From Antedon mediterranea (Eukaryota > Animalia > Echinodermata): DNA of 64,000 nucleotides. The number at the start of each line of letters is the position of its first letter. Within the stretch, counting starts at the first letter, position 1. The translations under genes and the position numbers were made by a program. Below are positions 48,271 through 61,998 of the stretch, piece by piece. The notes beneath the pieces are model-generated. The model saw nothing but the letters and a program-made list of their open reading frames with translations, was not told the origin of the DNA and did not search any database. The stretch lies in NCBI RefSeq assembly GCF_964355755.1, contig NC_092673.1, positions 21,697,648 through 21,761,647 of the forward strand, in the 5' to 3' direction.

Positions 48271-49515
48271 AAATTTGTATACATAACTGGTTACGATATC
48301 ATGTGACATACCGGTACGCAGAATCACAAAATAAAAAAGTCAAATTTGCATCATTGTGCAATATATGGATGTATATATAGCAATACTATTGGTAACAAAA
48401 TTGAATGTTGTAATCATATTGTAGCCATTTTAAAAAAAAGAAAACAATAGTCTCAAGAATGTTTTTGAGTAGCTTTGTGCTTTTAATAAATACCCACGTA
48501 CAGTAAAAGCAAATAAATGCATTACTTATCAACTGCCTACGAACCTTACAAACAAACGTCACAAACAAAAAAAGAAAATGAAGTTAAGAAATACTACTTA
48601 GAACACTAATCTACAAGTATGCGTCTCATCATATGAAAAGCTGAGTTTATACTAACTAAGGCATTGTTCATAATACATGACCAATCATTTATAGCAATAG
48701 CAATATACATTAAATAAATTCAACAATATTGACAAAATGTATAGCTGTTTTACTACACGTTGTTGTAGGATGTTCTAGGTATTTTAATTTTATGAGCAGT
48801 GCTTATTTCAAACTCATTTCATTTGACTTATTTGTAATTGAAATATATCACATTCATTTATAGCTCCCTAGCATTGTGACTAAAATACAGTATTAACTAT
48901 TTATACTTCCCTAACTTTTAACAGATAGTTCATTAACATAACTTAAGTCTCCTTAACTCCATGATAAAAATACAGTACAGGAATCATTAGGCAATGAGTA
49001 AAATTGATTATAGTGCGGTTTGCTACGGTCATTAGCATTCAGCTAACAATCAAATAGATTTTGTTTACGAGAATTCACACATGATTACAGTTAATGTTTT
49101 ACAGAAACAAAAGCATACAAACATTTATAACAATAATAGTTTCACATTATCAACAGAAATTATCAACAATTATAACTAAAAATTAAATTATTAAAACTAA
49201 ATCATTGTTTGAACACAAGATTTACAATTAATTATTTAATCAATTAAATAGCAATTATGCGAGAACTGGACAGATATTAATACAGTATAGATTTGTATAA
49301 ATCATTGAAATCTAAAAAGAGATGATTGTTTATAAATCGGAAACATGTGAATGTGTGGGTACAAAGGCTATATAAATGTTATCAACATTTCAATGTGATT
49401 TAATTATCATATAAATGGTTTTGGTTGTTTAACTAAAAGAATTTTGGTAATAACAACATAATTGCACGAAGATAAAATTAGAACTGTAAACCCCTTATTG
49501 TTTGCCTGTTACAGA

Positions 49516-49557
<42 letters not shown>

Positions 49558-49669
49558 GTTCGGTTCAATGTAACCGTCTACATATTTGGGTTGCACAGAC
49601 GTCTTTGTGTTGCACCATGAGATACATAAATAGGGCTGGGTGCTAATAACTACACCAAATTTGGGAAAA

Positions 49670-49892
49670 AATATGTGGTTGCGATTGACGGGGATGCAAA
49701 AAAATTAGTGGTTATGATTGATGGGGATGCCAAAAATAAGGGGTTGTGATTGATGGGGATGCGAAAAAATAAGGGGTTGCGATTGATGGGGATGCAAAAA
49801 AATAAGGAGTTGTGATTGATGGGGATGCGAAAAATAAGAGGTTGCGAAAAATATGAGCTTGCGATTGTTGGGAATGCGAAAAATAAGGGGTT
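49670..49892. repeat. ~32-bp minisatellite (GGTTGYGATTGATGGGGATGCRAAAAAATAAG)
   Basis: About 6 tandem copies visible; a (TA)n microsatellite lies nearby at about 49520-49554. Confidence 0.85.
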
Positions 49893-50829
49893 TTAAAAGT
49901 ATGTAAATTGCACAAGCTTGGCTGAACTTGACATGGGATTTTTCTTAAATAACAATACTTATTGTAAAGAAAACTAATTAAATTAGTGTTCTAATGGAGT
50001 AAGCACACAAAGGTATTGGAGACAAATACATGTACAAGTAGAAGTATATAATACTAATAAGCACTGTTGGTAACAGACAGTAAAATATAAAATGTTAATA
50101 CAATCACAGTAGAACTCTATTAAGGGGACATCTTTGGACCAAACAAAGTGTCTCTTTAATAAGAGCATCCCCTGATGGGTTTTACTGTATAGATTACCAG
50201 AAATAAAATAATAAATTCATGAGGGATTACAAATTTGTATCAATAAACAATACATAAATTTACAAATATGATCTGACTTGACCTTATAATGATGGACTAA
50301 CCATGTTTGAATATTAAATAAATGTTCATTAAATATTAATTTTATTTTCAATTCAATTTAAGGTGTAAATGTTATTTACCAATTAATAAAAATAGTAAAT
50401 AATTATTATAATTAAAAATTGTGCAAAATGTTTTTCACATTTACAGCTAAAAACTCAAAATGGTGACCAACTTAAGGTGTGCTAAATATTATAAAATAAA
50501 AAAAAAAGGCAAGATTGGATTTTGGAAAAAAAGATAAACATCTTTTACACACAAAACAACTGTCACAGTCATTTAACATTATCCTAAACCTTTATCAAAT
50601 TCATTTCTATTAAATACTTAAAAAACAGATTCAATATAAAAGCTGTGTTGATACATTCATATGCTTTATGACCAGACATTTAATTTTTACCTTAACATTG
50701 AATATAAATATATTAGCAAAGCTTCTTTTTTCCCACAAATTTGTTTAAGAACATGGAAAGATTATACAGTGTTGTTACTTTGAAAATTTAATGTACTCTT
50801 TGTATTACAAATCTTAGTATATAACCTTT

Positions 50830-51125
50830 AACCGTGGTAGGTGTGGCTCCAACCATGGTAGGTGTGGCTCCAACCATGGTAGGTGTGGCCCCAAACATGG
50901 TGGGTATGGCCCAACTATAGTGGGTATGGCCCAACTATAGTGGGTGTATCCTCAACCATGGTTGGTGTGGCCTAAACCATGGTAGGTGTGGCCTGAAGCA
51001 TGGTGGGTATGGCCCAACTATAGTGGGTATGGCCTAAACTATGGTGAGTGTGGCCAAAACCATGGTGAGTGTGGCCAAAACCATGGTAGGTGTGGCCTCA
51101 AGCATGGTGGCTGTGGCCTCAACCA
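50830..51125. repeat. 20-21-bp minisatellite (AACCATGGTAGGTGTGGCTCC-like)
   Basis: About 14 degenerate tandem copies. Confidence 0.85.
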
Positions 51126-52849
51126 ACCTCAGTACTAACCAACCTCAGTACTTTTCACCCCTCACGAATCAAATATATTTATTCACCAACTTTATAAACA
51201 CTTTGTATGTTAATTTTTTGTTTAAATGTCAAGGCCAAAAAATAGGTTTTAATGGAATAGTTATAAAATTTCTTAAATAAATCATCTTAGAAAAGAAATT
51301 ATTGTACATTTCCTCATACAAATAATTTCTGTATTTATATTTAATGGACCATTTTTTTCGGTGGTTTTTTAAGCTGTTGTAAAAGACAAGCAATCCTTGA
51401 GTATATAAATGCTTAGTTTATGTAGAAAACATGATGGTCAACAAACAATAACTCTAAAAGACTTTCATCCTCCCCTCATCCCTCTCCTGTTTTCCTCCCT
51501 ACACACTCATCCTGCCTAAAACAACACCTACAGTGATTACAATTTAGGAAGTTCTATTATACATGCACATCTATCTCTTGCTAACAATATTATAACAAAT
51601 GCCCACTATTGCAAAGAGGCAAAATACAGAACCAAATTATATACATTTTATACTTTTTTTTTAACATAAGAAATAAAAACATAGTTTATCTCATTTTTAC
51701 CTACAAAAATCACAAGTTATACAAATAGTGTTTCTTTTTCTGAATGACCATGCAACCGTCAATAAATAAAACAATTTGTATCTGCGTACAACACAGTTCT
51801 CTCGTATAATACATATACAGTACACAATTTAATAAAATAGTCAATGATTATAAATCACTAGCTCTATACCATTACAAGCACTTTGTAGATTGCAAGTCAT
51901 TTTAATGTTCAAGTGAGAACGTTACTCTTGTAACAAGGTCAACAAAACGTGTTAATAATTTGATTACAGATTTTTTTTATAAATTATTTTGTTGATTATC
52001 TTTTGCAATTTACTTACCAGGACAAAAGTACCAGTGAAATGTAAACAATATAAATATCAAAGGTGTATTTTACACATTTTATCTAATTGTGGAATAAATA
52101 TTTTCAAAAATAATGACAATACCAGACTATTCCATTCTAAGATAGGGTGTTAACTCTACCTTGTTACAAAAAAAAAATGTGGTACCACTTAACTACTACA
52201 GTATAGTCACCAACAAAGAATGTGTTTCACACCTCATAGATGAACATCGACAATTCTCCTCTGAAGAAACTGCTTACAAAAAACAAGATGCTCAAACCAT
52301 ACAAAAGGCTACAAAAATGGACAAGTTGTTTCAGATAGAATAAACGGGTTAAATGATGAGGGAGCTGTTGTCGTCGTCGTTTTATGCTAGCACCATATTT
52401 GAGTTGAAGCAGCTCCTATAGTACACAATGTTACAAACTATCGCTTGCTTATAAATACATTACAAAATATTATGTAGAGAACAATTGAAAGCAACGTATA
52501 CTTCTTATTTGGAATATGATAGCAACGAAATAATGAAATAAATTCATTTTAAAACCAATTCATGGTAAATGTAGTTTGTTTATAAACATTACTGTGTATC
52601 CATGTTTCATGAATCGAAGATTTGAAAATAAACTAAAAACGAAAAGAGCAAAAACAAATGACTGAAAGACATGGTCTAAACGATGTACAAATAAATACAC
52701 TGGTATTAGAATGAAATATTCTTATCAATAAGCAAAAAAATAAAACAAAATACAAAACTTGTAAATCTCTCTCCAATTAAATTTTCTACAAAGAACTTAT
52801 CAAATACCACTATGGCTTCTCTGACTTATTTCACAAGTACAATTGTTTC

Positions 52850-52961
52850 CAGTGGCGTAACCCAGAGGCCTGAGACGCCTGATTTAGGAACCCCAAGTGA
52901 CGTTTTTAGCCATTTTAATGCATAAGCTCCGGGGCCCTGGGATTAGCCAGTTACACCACTG
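52850..52961. mobile_element. hAT-like MITE
   Basis: CAGTGGCGTAAC ... GTTACACCACTG with 8-bp flanks ATTGTTTC/GTTGTTTC (7/8 match). Confidence 0.7.
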
Positions 52962-53203
52962 GTTGTTTCAAATGTAGCAAGTTGTTAAAGTTAATACAAA
53001 GGTTCATAGTATGTGTGTTACAACTTGTTACACTTGGTTTATAGTATCTGGGAAATTGTATTTGATGCATAAAATAGGGTTTATACAAACTTGATTTAAT
53101 AACTATATTTTTCATTTCAATTAAAAACAGATAAATTAAATTGTCTGTTTTAATTAATTTGTCTAATAAATTTAATTTGAGAGAGACCACCTTTGTTCTC
53201 AGA

Positions 53204-56200
53204 TCATACTTGTATTGCACCTATGTTTTCGGTGATTTTCTGCGAATTTTCCGCATCATCATGGCAACTTTTCTTGGTGGGTATTGATTCTTCTTCTTCC
53301 TCTTCAGTTGGTCGTTTCCGCGTGGACTTTGAAAGATCTTTAGCAGTAGGTTCATCCTCCTCCTCATCAGCAGCAGCAGCAGCAGTGGCAGGTTCTTGCA
53401 ATGCATCTTCTTTGCTCTCTGGTGAATCCTGTATATTCTGAACTTGCTGGTATATTTGAGCTTCTAGAAGTTTCTCAATGATGTTGTTGATATTGGAACT
53501 CTTTTCGCGTTTCACTTCTTGCTGCTTGACTGGTGGCGATTGGCTATATCCTGGAAGTGCAGAATCCCGCTCAGGTTGAGATTCATCGACCAAAGATTCC
53601 CTCGGTGGCTGTTGTAATCCAAGTGATGTTGACTGTCTTTCGTTTAGTAAGTAATACTCTTCCTCGAGATACTGGCCCGCGTAAAGGGGATGCGACCTGT
53701 AGTAGTGACTTGCCGATTCCGATAAATGGCGGAGCGCTTCGGGATCAATTGAGTAAGGAAACATACTATGCCAAAGTTGGCGCTCACTAATTGCACGTAA
53801 ACGACTGGCAAAACTATCGTAAGAGGGCATGATCGTATTACCAATTGGATACATCATGGCGGATGGACCTAACCTTTGCGGTTTAAATACCTCAGGTGCT
53901 TGCGGACTTTGGTTCGAGTCTGAGTGGTCGGAGTGAGTGCTGCTTGTTTGTGGTTTTTCCTCAGCTGCACGTTTTGCATTGCGTTTTAAATGGCGCTCTT
54001 TGACTTTGTACTCCAAAGTGGAATGTGGTACACCAAAAACATTTCCAGCTCTTGTTACGGTCATCTCGCCACGCTGTACTGCATTAACGGCTTGCATAAG
54101 ACTTTCTCGATCATAACAACGATAGCGCCCTCGCTTAGGCCGTTTACTTTGCCCGCAAAATTCATCAGACCTACCGCTTGTGTTACTAGTGACCGAATCC
54201 TGTTCTTGAGACGTCATGTCCATTAACGGTGAAGCAGAACGCTTAAACCATTCGTTTATAACAGCAGCATTATTTCTCGTTTCTTCAATGACAAATGGTT
54301 TATCTTTATCTGAACCACCATTCACAGGTCTGAAATCAGGCACTCTTATGTTAGGATCTACTTGCCCCGATTTTGTCTTTTGCGATTGGATATTTTCCCG
54401 GTTTTCACCCTGATCAATCTCATTAACATTTTCCAGATGTTTTTCGATGAGATACTCAAAGACACTCTTTGAGAGGCTAGACTCATGACTGATTTTATTA
54501 TTCTCATCTGAATCTTTTGCTTTGATACCTTGACCTGAAAGCATTTCTTGTAGAAGTAGTCGCCCAACTGTTTGCTTACCGTCAATTCGAGTTTTACACT
54601 TCTCGACTTCCTCCAGATGCTTTCTGAGGCGAGAAATGACATCTTCTCCCTCTTTAGCAAAACAAACGCTTCCATATGTATTTGTGTCTTTTGTTTGTTT
54701 AGCTTTATCAGTGTCTTTCGTGGTCTGTTCAACTTTAGGACTGATTTTCTTATTTGAACGATTGTTAGCTGTCCCTGTGGACTCGTCCTCATTAAGAAAC
54801 GAATTGCGATTTAGGTGGTTACGAATGGTGGATCGTGGAATTCCATAAAGCACAGATGCGCGCCGTGTTCCAATTTTACCGCTGCGGACATCGATTAAAG
54901 CAAGTTTGAGATCGGCCTGTGTGTAATTGGAGTAAGTACCGGTCTTCCCATGACGAGCAAGCTTGTTTTTGTTCCTGTAAAAAAATTTAATTATGTTAGA
55001 CGTAGATTTTTATTGCATGACACTGTATATAAATCATAACTATAAACCGTTCAAAGTTTAGATAATCATATAAACAAAAAAGATTAAAATATGATTTAAT
55101 ATTCCTAGAGAGAAAGAAACAATGATAACTGATTTCTACAATACATTTTCTATTAATTCAAACTCAATCTCTCAACATAACGCTGTAAGTTATGCAACTG
55201 AGTATCACTCATATCATAAAAAAAAACAAAAAATATTTCTGATAAATACAAATACATACAAACAATATATAATTTCTATTATTTCAAACTGAATCTTTCA
55301 ACTTTTTTGAATAATAATTTTAAATATTCCCAAATCACAAACACATTTGAATATCGATATTTCACATAATCAGAAGGTTTATGTGAGCTGTTCTTGGGCA
55401 AAACCATTACTTGTTGAAAATTGAGGTGTTAGGAATATTAATATGAGATTTCAAGCATTCATTTACACATGGGATAATGAAAGTAATATACATGTACATT
55501 TGTTAGACAGCCACAACATTTGCTGCTACTTTTCTGATGACAACAAATATTTCAAACAGAAAAGCAAATTTGAAATTAAATGGCCAATTTTTTTATTTTG
55601 TTTTTTTTATAATGATTTTCTTATTAATTATTCTTTCTGTATTATCTTTTACATTGTAATATTGATTCCTTTCATTAAGATCAGCAGTAAAAGAAATATA
55701 CTGTTATCTTTTAATGCTCTTAAAATTCTGTCCAATTTCATTTAAAATCCTTCATGTTATCACTACTCTTTTTCTTTTAAACAGAGGGAATGCCATGTTA
55801 AATTAAGTTTAGCTTTTAAGGCTTTTTAACTATTTTATTTTATTTTCACTCAGCAAACTTAAATAGTCTCACAAAATGATTGAATTAATGTTCTAGATGC
55901 ATAGTAATAGTGTTTAAGCTCTGTCTACACTAACAAAAACAGTGTGATGTGCCAAAATATTGTAGTGATATGCCCAAATATGGTAGTGATATGACATCAT
56001 CATGTCCATAAACTGTATGGGCACATCACATTTTTTGTCACGTAAAGTTTGATAGTGTAGACCGAGCTTTAGAATTTTATTGTGCAGCCTTGTTGAAAAA
56101 AAATTGCTTATGTGGTTAATTTCGCATTTTTCCTAAATTATTAAATTATTTTATGATCAACATCTTTTCAATGAGTTGATGATAGTGCTTTGCTATGAGT

Positions 56201-59200
56201 TGATGATATTGGTCATATTTTAACCTGTACAAGAAATTCATACCCTAAACCAAAATGTTTTTTTTTTCAGGGACTTGCTTTAATTTCCTGATTTTCAACA
56301 TTCTTTGTTTCATTAGGGTTTTATAAAAAATGCTTACAGATATTAAGTAACTTACTTGACTTTTATGAAAGGCACCTTGAGAGATGACCGATTTTTTTGT
56401 GGTGTTGCTAAGGATAGTGGACTGTCTGTACTGTGATCATCTTCAACAATACCCGCTCGGCTTAGGTCCAATGGTTGGCCATCAGTATAATCTCCTACGA
56501 AAATATAAAATTATTGGTATATGGTTAAAAATAGATAAATAGTTCTTCTATGAATCTGTTTCCGTGAGGTCTCATCAAGGAGCTTCAAAATGCTGAAGCG
56601 GTGAAAATGGTTTCTCTGCGTCATCAAACATTATTTTGATTATTTTCAGGATACTTCATTGACTTTAGTGGTCAATAGTTAGTGACCATCACTATAATCA
56701 CCTACGAAAAGATATTTCATTGGTGTTAGAAACATTTATATGCAATAATACAACCAAACCATTATTACTATTATTATCATTATTACCCACAGGACTAATA
56801 AGTAAGTGTGTAAAGGCATAATCTTGCATTAATTGCTACAGCCTGAGTGAGTGGCCAAGTGGTTAAGCCAGTGGAACCGAATACATAGCCATAACATCGG
56901 GAAGAGTTCAGGCTCACTCGCACCATGGTTCTGGTGGTAAAACGAGTCTTCTCAGATAAGGACTATACCGTAGGTCCAGTGATACACATCTGGTCCATGT
57001 GCACTTTAAAGAACCTAGTACAACTTTCGAGACGAGTAGGGGGTTACACCGGTGTACTAGTTCACACACAGCCACTGTCACAAACGCATCATAGTACTAT
57101 ACACTGGGCCCACTGAGAGAACTGTCTAAAGATGCTACCCAGTATAAAAAATAAATAACAATAATAATAGCCTTTCTGACCACTAAACACCTACTGTACA
57201 ACTATATAACATAAAGGTCTGTGTGATATATTTTCTTAGTAAGAACTTAATTCTGGTAGGCTACTCCCATGTTATTCAAAGGTAGAGATACCAATATAGA
57301 TAAACTGCTTTAAATCCAAAAACAACCAGCAGATGGCATGCATATGGTTTAAACCTCTATCATTACTATTAAAAAGTAAATATTACAGCTGTATGTAATA
57401 TAACTATTGATAATATGCTCAGATTAGAATAGATATTTATCATGTTGACTACAATACAAAAATTTAATTAACAAAATTTAAATAAATTTATCTCCCGTGT
57501 ATTATGTTATAAAAACATTTAAAATCATTTTCAAACATATACTGTATACATTTATTTTGCATGTTAATGTTAGTTTACCCATGTTTTTATTTTATTTATA
57601 TAATACATATTTCCATTCTTAGTTTATTGTGAGATAGTTGGTGTATTTAAAGTGGGCATTAATATTCAGTTTCTTTACTGAAGTTTGTGAATATTGAAAT
57701 TCTGGGGTAGTAAGCGTTGAGAGTCAACGAAGGCATAGAAAACGATGAAAAAAAAAAATTTGTAAAGAGGAAAATTGTTATAATGAATCGAAAAAATATT
57801 TAAATAAACTAATTAGCAGATTCCACGAAACAATTTGGTTATAAATACACAGCTGCTAGAGGGGCATAAAAAGTCAAACAGCTATATACTATATTATCAC
57901 AGCCAGTTGTTGCTGAATAATTAAAATATAATTATGCTAATTTGCTTCTTTTATGTACATATCATTGTCTGTGACTGGAACAATGCACACAATCAAGCAG
58001 CAGACGACGTTTTCATTACCACCAGAGGTCAAAGTCCACTCAACTGTAACAGGTCAACCCTCCCAGTAACGTATTATCATTCATCCCAAATTTGTGCTTC
58101 AAATAAAATGCATTTTTGGATGATTAGACAAGTCTTTACTCATTAGATTGTAATGCTACAGATGCTCAAGGTATAGTCTGTATGTAATAGAATGCATTAG
58201 ATATGAAAGACGCCAGTAGCATATGGCCTTTATGTTTGTAATATCTAAAATTACATTCAGAAATCACTCATTCAAGGTCAAACTTATTTTAATGTAAAAT
58301 CTAAGGGCACAAGATATTAAATTTAGTGCACAGTGTTTTGGACTTAATACAGTGGACGTTATTATGTCCAGTTTACTACTAGGTACTGTATTTTGGAACA
58401 ATTTTTACCTTGACTAAAAAGTCAAAGTGTACGATCAAATTAAATAATTTTAGCAAAATACGATAAGTAATTTAAACATGTTAGCTGATAGATAAAATTC
58501 AGCAGGGCTTGACCCTGACTAGCCTGTGTATGCAATAACTTGGGAAAGCCACTTATTGCAAGCCAACCTATCATCTTATGTGTTCAGTGGAAGTAAAAAC
58601 ATTTTATCCGATTGACAAAATTCGGCAGGGCTTGACTCTGACTAGCATGTGTGTGCAATAACTTGGGAAAGCCACTTATTGCAAGCCCACCTATCATATC
58701 AACCTTTGTGTTCAGTGGTCTAAATGAAAATATACCACTATCAGCATACGTACATGCTCAGTTAAAACATCACACAAGATCAGATAATGTTTAGGGCTAG
58801 CAAATGACACGCTATCTAATAAAAAACATCTTTAATGAATTTTATACAATACCTTTTGTATCCAAATTACCACCAGTATATTCATCAATATAGCGTTCAT
58901 GCCTTGCAATTGATTCCTGAAAAGAAAAACACCAACAAATATACATTTGTTAAAACATAAGTACCACGTTGAAACTACGCCACTGCAATCAGACAATTAC
59001 AAATTATTTAAATAATTTAACTTCATATATTTTATGTATTGTACTAATCGATTCATTTATAAACTAAAACAATTAAAAAGTGAAACCCAATGATGGTGTA
59101 CTGTTAAATTGCAAAATCAACCTTAAATGTACAAAACACAAATTGATGTAATCAAAGCAAAACTTGTCTAACTAATGTGCTCTACGGTTACCAGTTAAAA

Positions 59201-61998
59201 TAATAAAGTTGAATGTGAAGTGAATACTTAAGATGCTGTTTACATAAGTACCCTTCAGCCAACTGCAAGCCTACACTTGATAAATTTAATTAAATAAAAA
59301 AACCTAATTGTTTAGTTCTACTTTTTATTTTCTGTACTGAATTTTTATTTTTTTAATTAGGCCAAATAAAAAAATATACTTGTTAAGCGTCACACCCTCA
59401 TAAATTTTCAGGGGCGGGGGGACGGTTTTTTTTTTTTTTTTTACTTTTTATGGAGGTATATTTTTGCACGGTGAACGTTTTGCCCCACTTTTTTTAGGAC
59501 GAAACGTCAAACTTTTAAAATGCGAAACAGAACAAAATTGACTAGACTAGGCCTATGTATGAAATATTATTGCCTATGACAAAATTGAGTTTTGTATTGT
59601 TTATATCCAGACGTAATTAAAACATTAAATTTAATTGCCACCAAGCGAAATTGTAGGCCCTAGGATCGGCCATCCGCCGTCTCTCGCTTGACTCATCTAT
59701 CCAGGAAATTCCCTATCGCGAGAAGCATGATTTGGTCTCAATAATACTAAATAGTAGTGGGCTGATTTATAGTTTGAAAACAGCTTACGGCATTTCTTAA
59801 GTGAATTTTTATTCAAGGTATTCATTCTTCTTTGATGAATCCTTTGCCAATTGCTGTGTAAATCAGTATTTAAAGTTGTGATGCAAAAAGTGTATGTAAT
59901 TATTCCACAGGTAAACCAGGCATAAGGAAACCCATCGCCCAACAGGACCTCGCGGTGTGCCGATCTCGAGATCATCGTAAACAAAATTGGTAGAGTCCAT
60001 TATGTATGGGGTGTTTCCTATTTACGAACCTATAAAAAAACGCGCTTCGACCACTGTGTAGGCAAAATATTTATTTCGTTAAATCCCTAAATTGATAATC
60101 GCGTATTCTGTAATCACGTGACTGATGATGTAATCCTCAGCGACGTACTAAATGCACATGATTTAATGTGTTGGGGAAAAAGCCTGCTGTTTACCACATT
60201 ACATGATTCACGGTGCTATTCGCGTTTCCTTGACGTAAATCGGCGGCGTGTAAATAGAGAGGTTTCGCAATCTTACGAATACGATAACGAAAACGGATAC
60301 GTCACGCACACGTATTCGTTTTCGTAAGCCATAAAAAAAATCTGTTTCGCATGGCAACGAAATATTGAGGCGCGTCCAAAATATGATTGCGGTAAATTTG
60401 AGCGAAGCGCAGATACGTGTTGCTTGGTGTGCTTGGCTGCCTAGGCCTAGCGTAACATCAAAGCGAGTGAGGACTTTAAAAACTGCTATTTATTTAAATT
60501 GACCTGGCATTTTAGTAAATTACTTTAGTAAATTACTTTCAATAAATCTATAATTATATTATAATCATGAATCATTCCTAATTCAAATGCAAAATGTGCA
60601 AAATAGATCAAAAACTATACTCATTTTGTAGTTACGAATATGACTGGTGATATTCGTCAACACGAATACGCTTTACGAATATGAAATGGGGATCAGCTCA
60701 AAAGTTTCACAAATGTATGACGTATCCGTTTTCGTTATCGTATTTGTAAGGTTGCGAAACCTCCCTAATGAAACAATTGTTTTCACCAAAATGCCGTTGT
60801 CGACATAGAGCGATCGGCGGCTAGCGTTGGCTAAGATAAAAAAGTACGTATTTTTCAAAAATTACACTAGCCTAACAAACATTTGCTAGTTTTGAAATTT
60901 TTAACTAGCAATTATGAAGAATCTACTAGCAAAATGCTAGTTTGCTAGCGTGAATTTCGAGCCCTACTCTGGAGCTGGGCCGGGCCGCTGAACTTTCCGT
61001 TGTATATGGGTAAAAAAAAAAAATAAATAAAAAGAGAGGCGGCTGGATAATCAGGAGCGGACGCTGACGCTTAACAAGTATGTTTTTTTATTTGGCCTTA
61101 TTTCATTTTCAAAAACAGTAAAACCTATCTACAGGTATAATTATTAACATGAAATTGTGTGGGCAATCATTTAGTTAGTTGGTTTACAGATCATCAAATG
61201 GTTCTTATATTTGTACAAAATATAAAAATTGACTTCGTCCTTCGGATGGAACGTAAACCTGTTAGTTCCTGATGGTACCTCGTATGCTGATACCCGCAGA
61301 TACCTTAATATCATCACTCTATCTGAACGCCGCGAGAAGTTGTCAAGAAAATTCTTTGATAAAATGAAAAAAGAAGATCATAGATTACACTCTCTCCTAC
61401 CTAAACCTCCCACACACAACCATCAGCTCCGACGCGTTAGATCATTCACCCTCCCCAAAGTCAGGACACAACGCACAAAAAACTTCATTACTTTCCACGG
61501 AGTTTTCAATGATTGGTGAATGATCAGAAACTGAGTTATGACAAGCAAATTGTGAACCTCTATTGGTTTGTGTTACTGGATGTACTATGATGGCCATTGA
61601 AAGACTGATTTGTGGACTATGATATATTTTAGTAACTTGTTTGGTTTGTGTTATACTATGTTTTTTTTTTTTTTTTTTTTTTCTTTGATAAAGTTTTTTA
61701 AATATTTATGTCAACTTCATCACTGTTTACTGGATGCAATAAAGGAGAAAGAATAGGAATAAAAACATTTAAAATAGGAATCATCTCCCAGTGTGTGCTA
61801 TAGTATCATGCTAGACAGTAGTGGTTCGTAGATGCGTAATTCCCATTTCCCAGTTAGACTGACGGACAAATTCAAAATATATTTATTTTTGCATTTTAAT
61901 AGTGTTTACCTTGACTAATTGTTTTCTTGCCATACATAGTTGGCAGATCTCAGCAAACGATGGATCCCAATCCTCTGTTTGTCTCCCTGTCTCTTCAT
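53204..61998 (-). CDS. LCORL: LCOR/LCORL-like (Mblk-1/E93 family) transcription factor with two pipsqueak-type HTH domains; 5' exons lie beyond the window
   Basis: Exons (minus strand): 61910-61998 (EDWDPSFAEICQLCMARK, like the LCORL DW..CxxC N-terminal motif), 58853-58916, 56356-56494 (QPLDLS CtBP-binding motif), 53204-54974 (YTQADLKLALIDVRSGKIGTRRASVLYGIPRSTIRN; RPKRGRYRCYDRESLMQAVNAVQRGEMTVTRAGNVFGVPHSTLEYKVKER). Phases are consistent. Probably co-orthologous to vertebrate LCOR and LCORL. Confidence 0.9.
56843..57165 (+). mobile_element. tRNA-derived SINE, same family as 40303-40600
   Basis: TGGCCAAGTGGTTAAG A-box, GAGTTCAGGCTC degenerate B-box, shared core and (AAT)n tail. Confidence 0.75.
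59360..61097. mobile_element. PIF/Harbinger-like non-autonomous element (TTA TSD) in an LCORL intron
   Basis: TTA|GGCCAAATAAAAAAATATACTTGTTAAGCGTCA ... TGACGCTTAACAAGTATGTTTTTTTATTTGGCC|TTA. Confidence 0.82.
60256..60766. mobile_element. Nested MITE with ~50-bp TIR and 3-bp AAT TSD (Harbinger/ISL2EU-like)
   Basis: AAT|AGAGAGGTTTCGCAATCTTACGAATACGATAACGAAAACGGATACGTCA ... TGACGTATCCGTTTTCGTTATCGTATTTGTAAGGTTGCGAAACCTCCCT|AAT. Confidence 0.8.
61270..61750 (+). mobile_element. 5'-truncated non-LTR retrotransposon (CR1/L2-group ORF2 C-terminus plus 3' UTR)
   Basis: SYADT..TLSERRE..FF..HRLHSLLP..HQLRR..FTLPKVRTQRTKNF resembles the C-terminal tail of CR1-group ORF2; AATAAA at about 61738. Confidence 0.65.

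Noticed and set aside
52230-52416. Extra 3' coding exon of LCORL using CAA|GTATGA at about 53209 as donor
   Set aside because: The candidate acceptor has a poor pyrimidine tract and the peptide has no recognisable features; it cannot be supported without RNA data.
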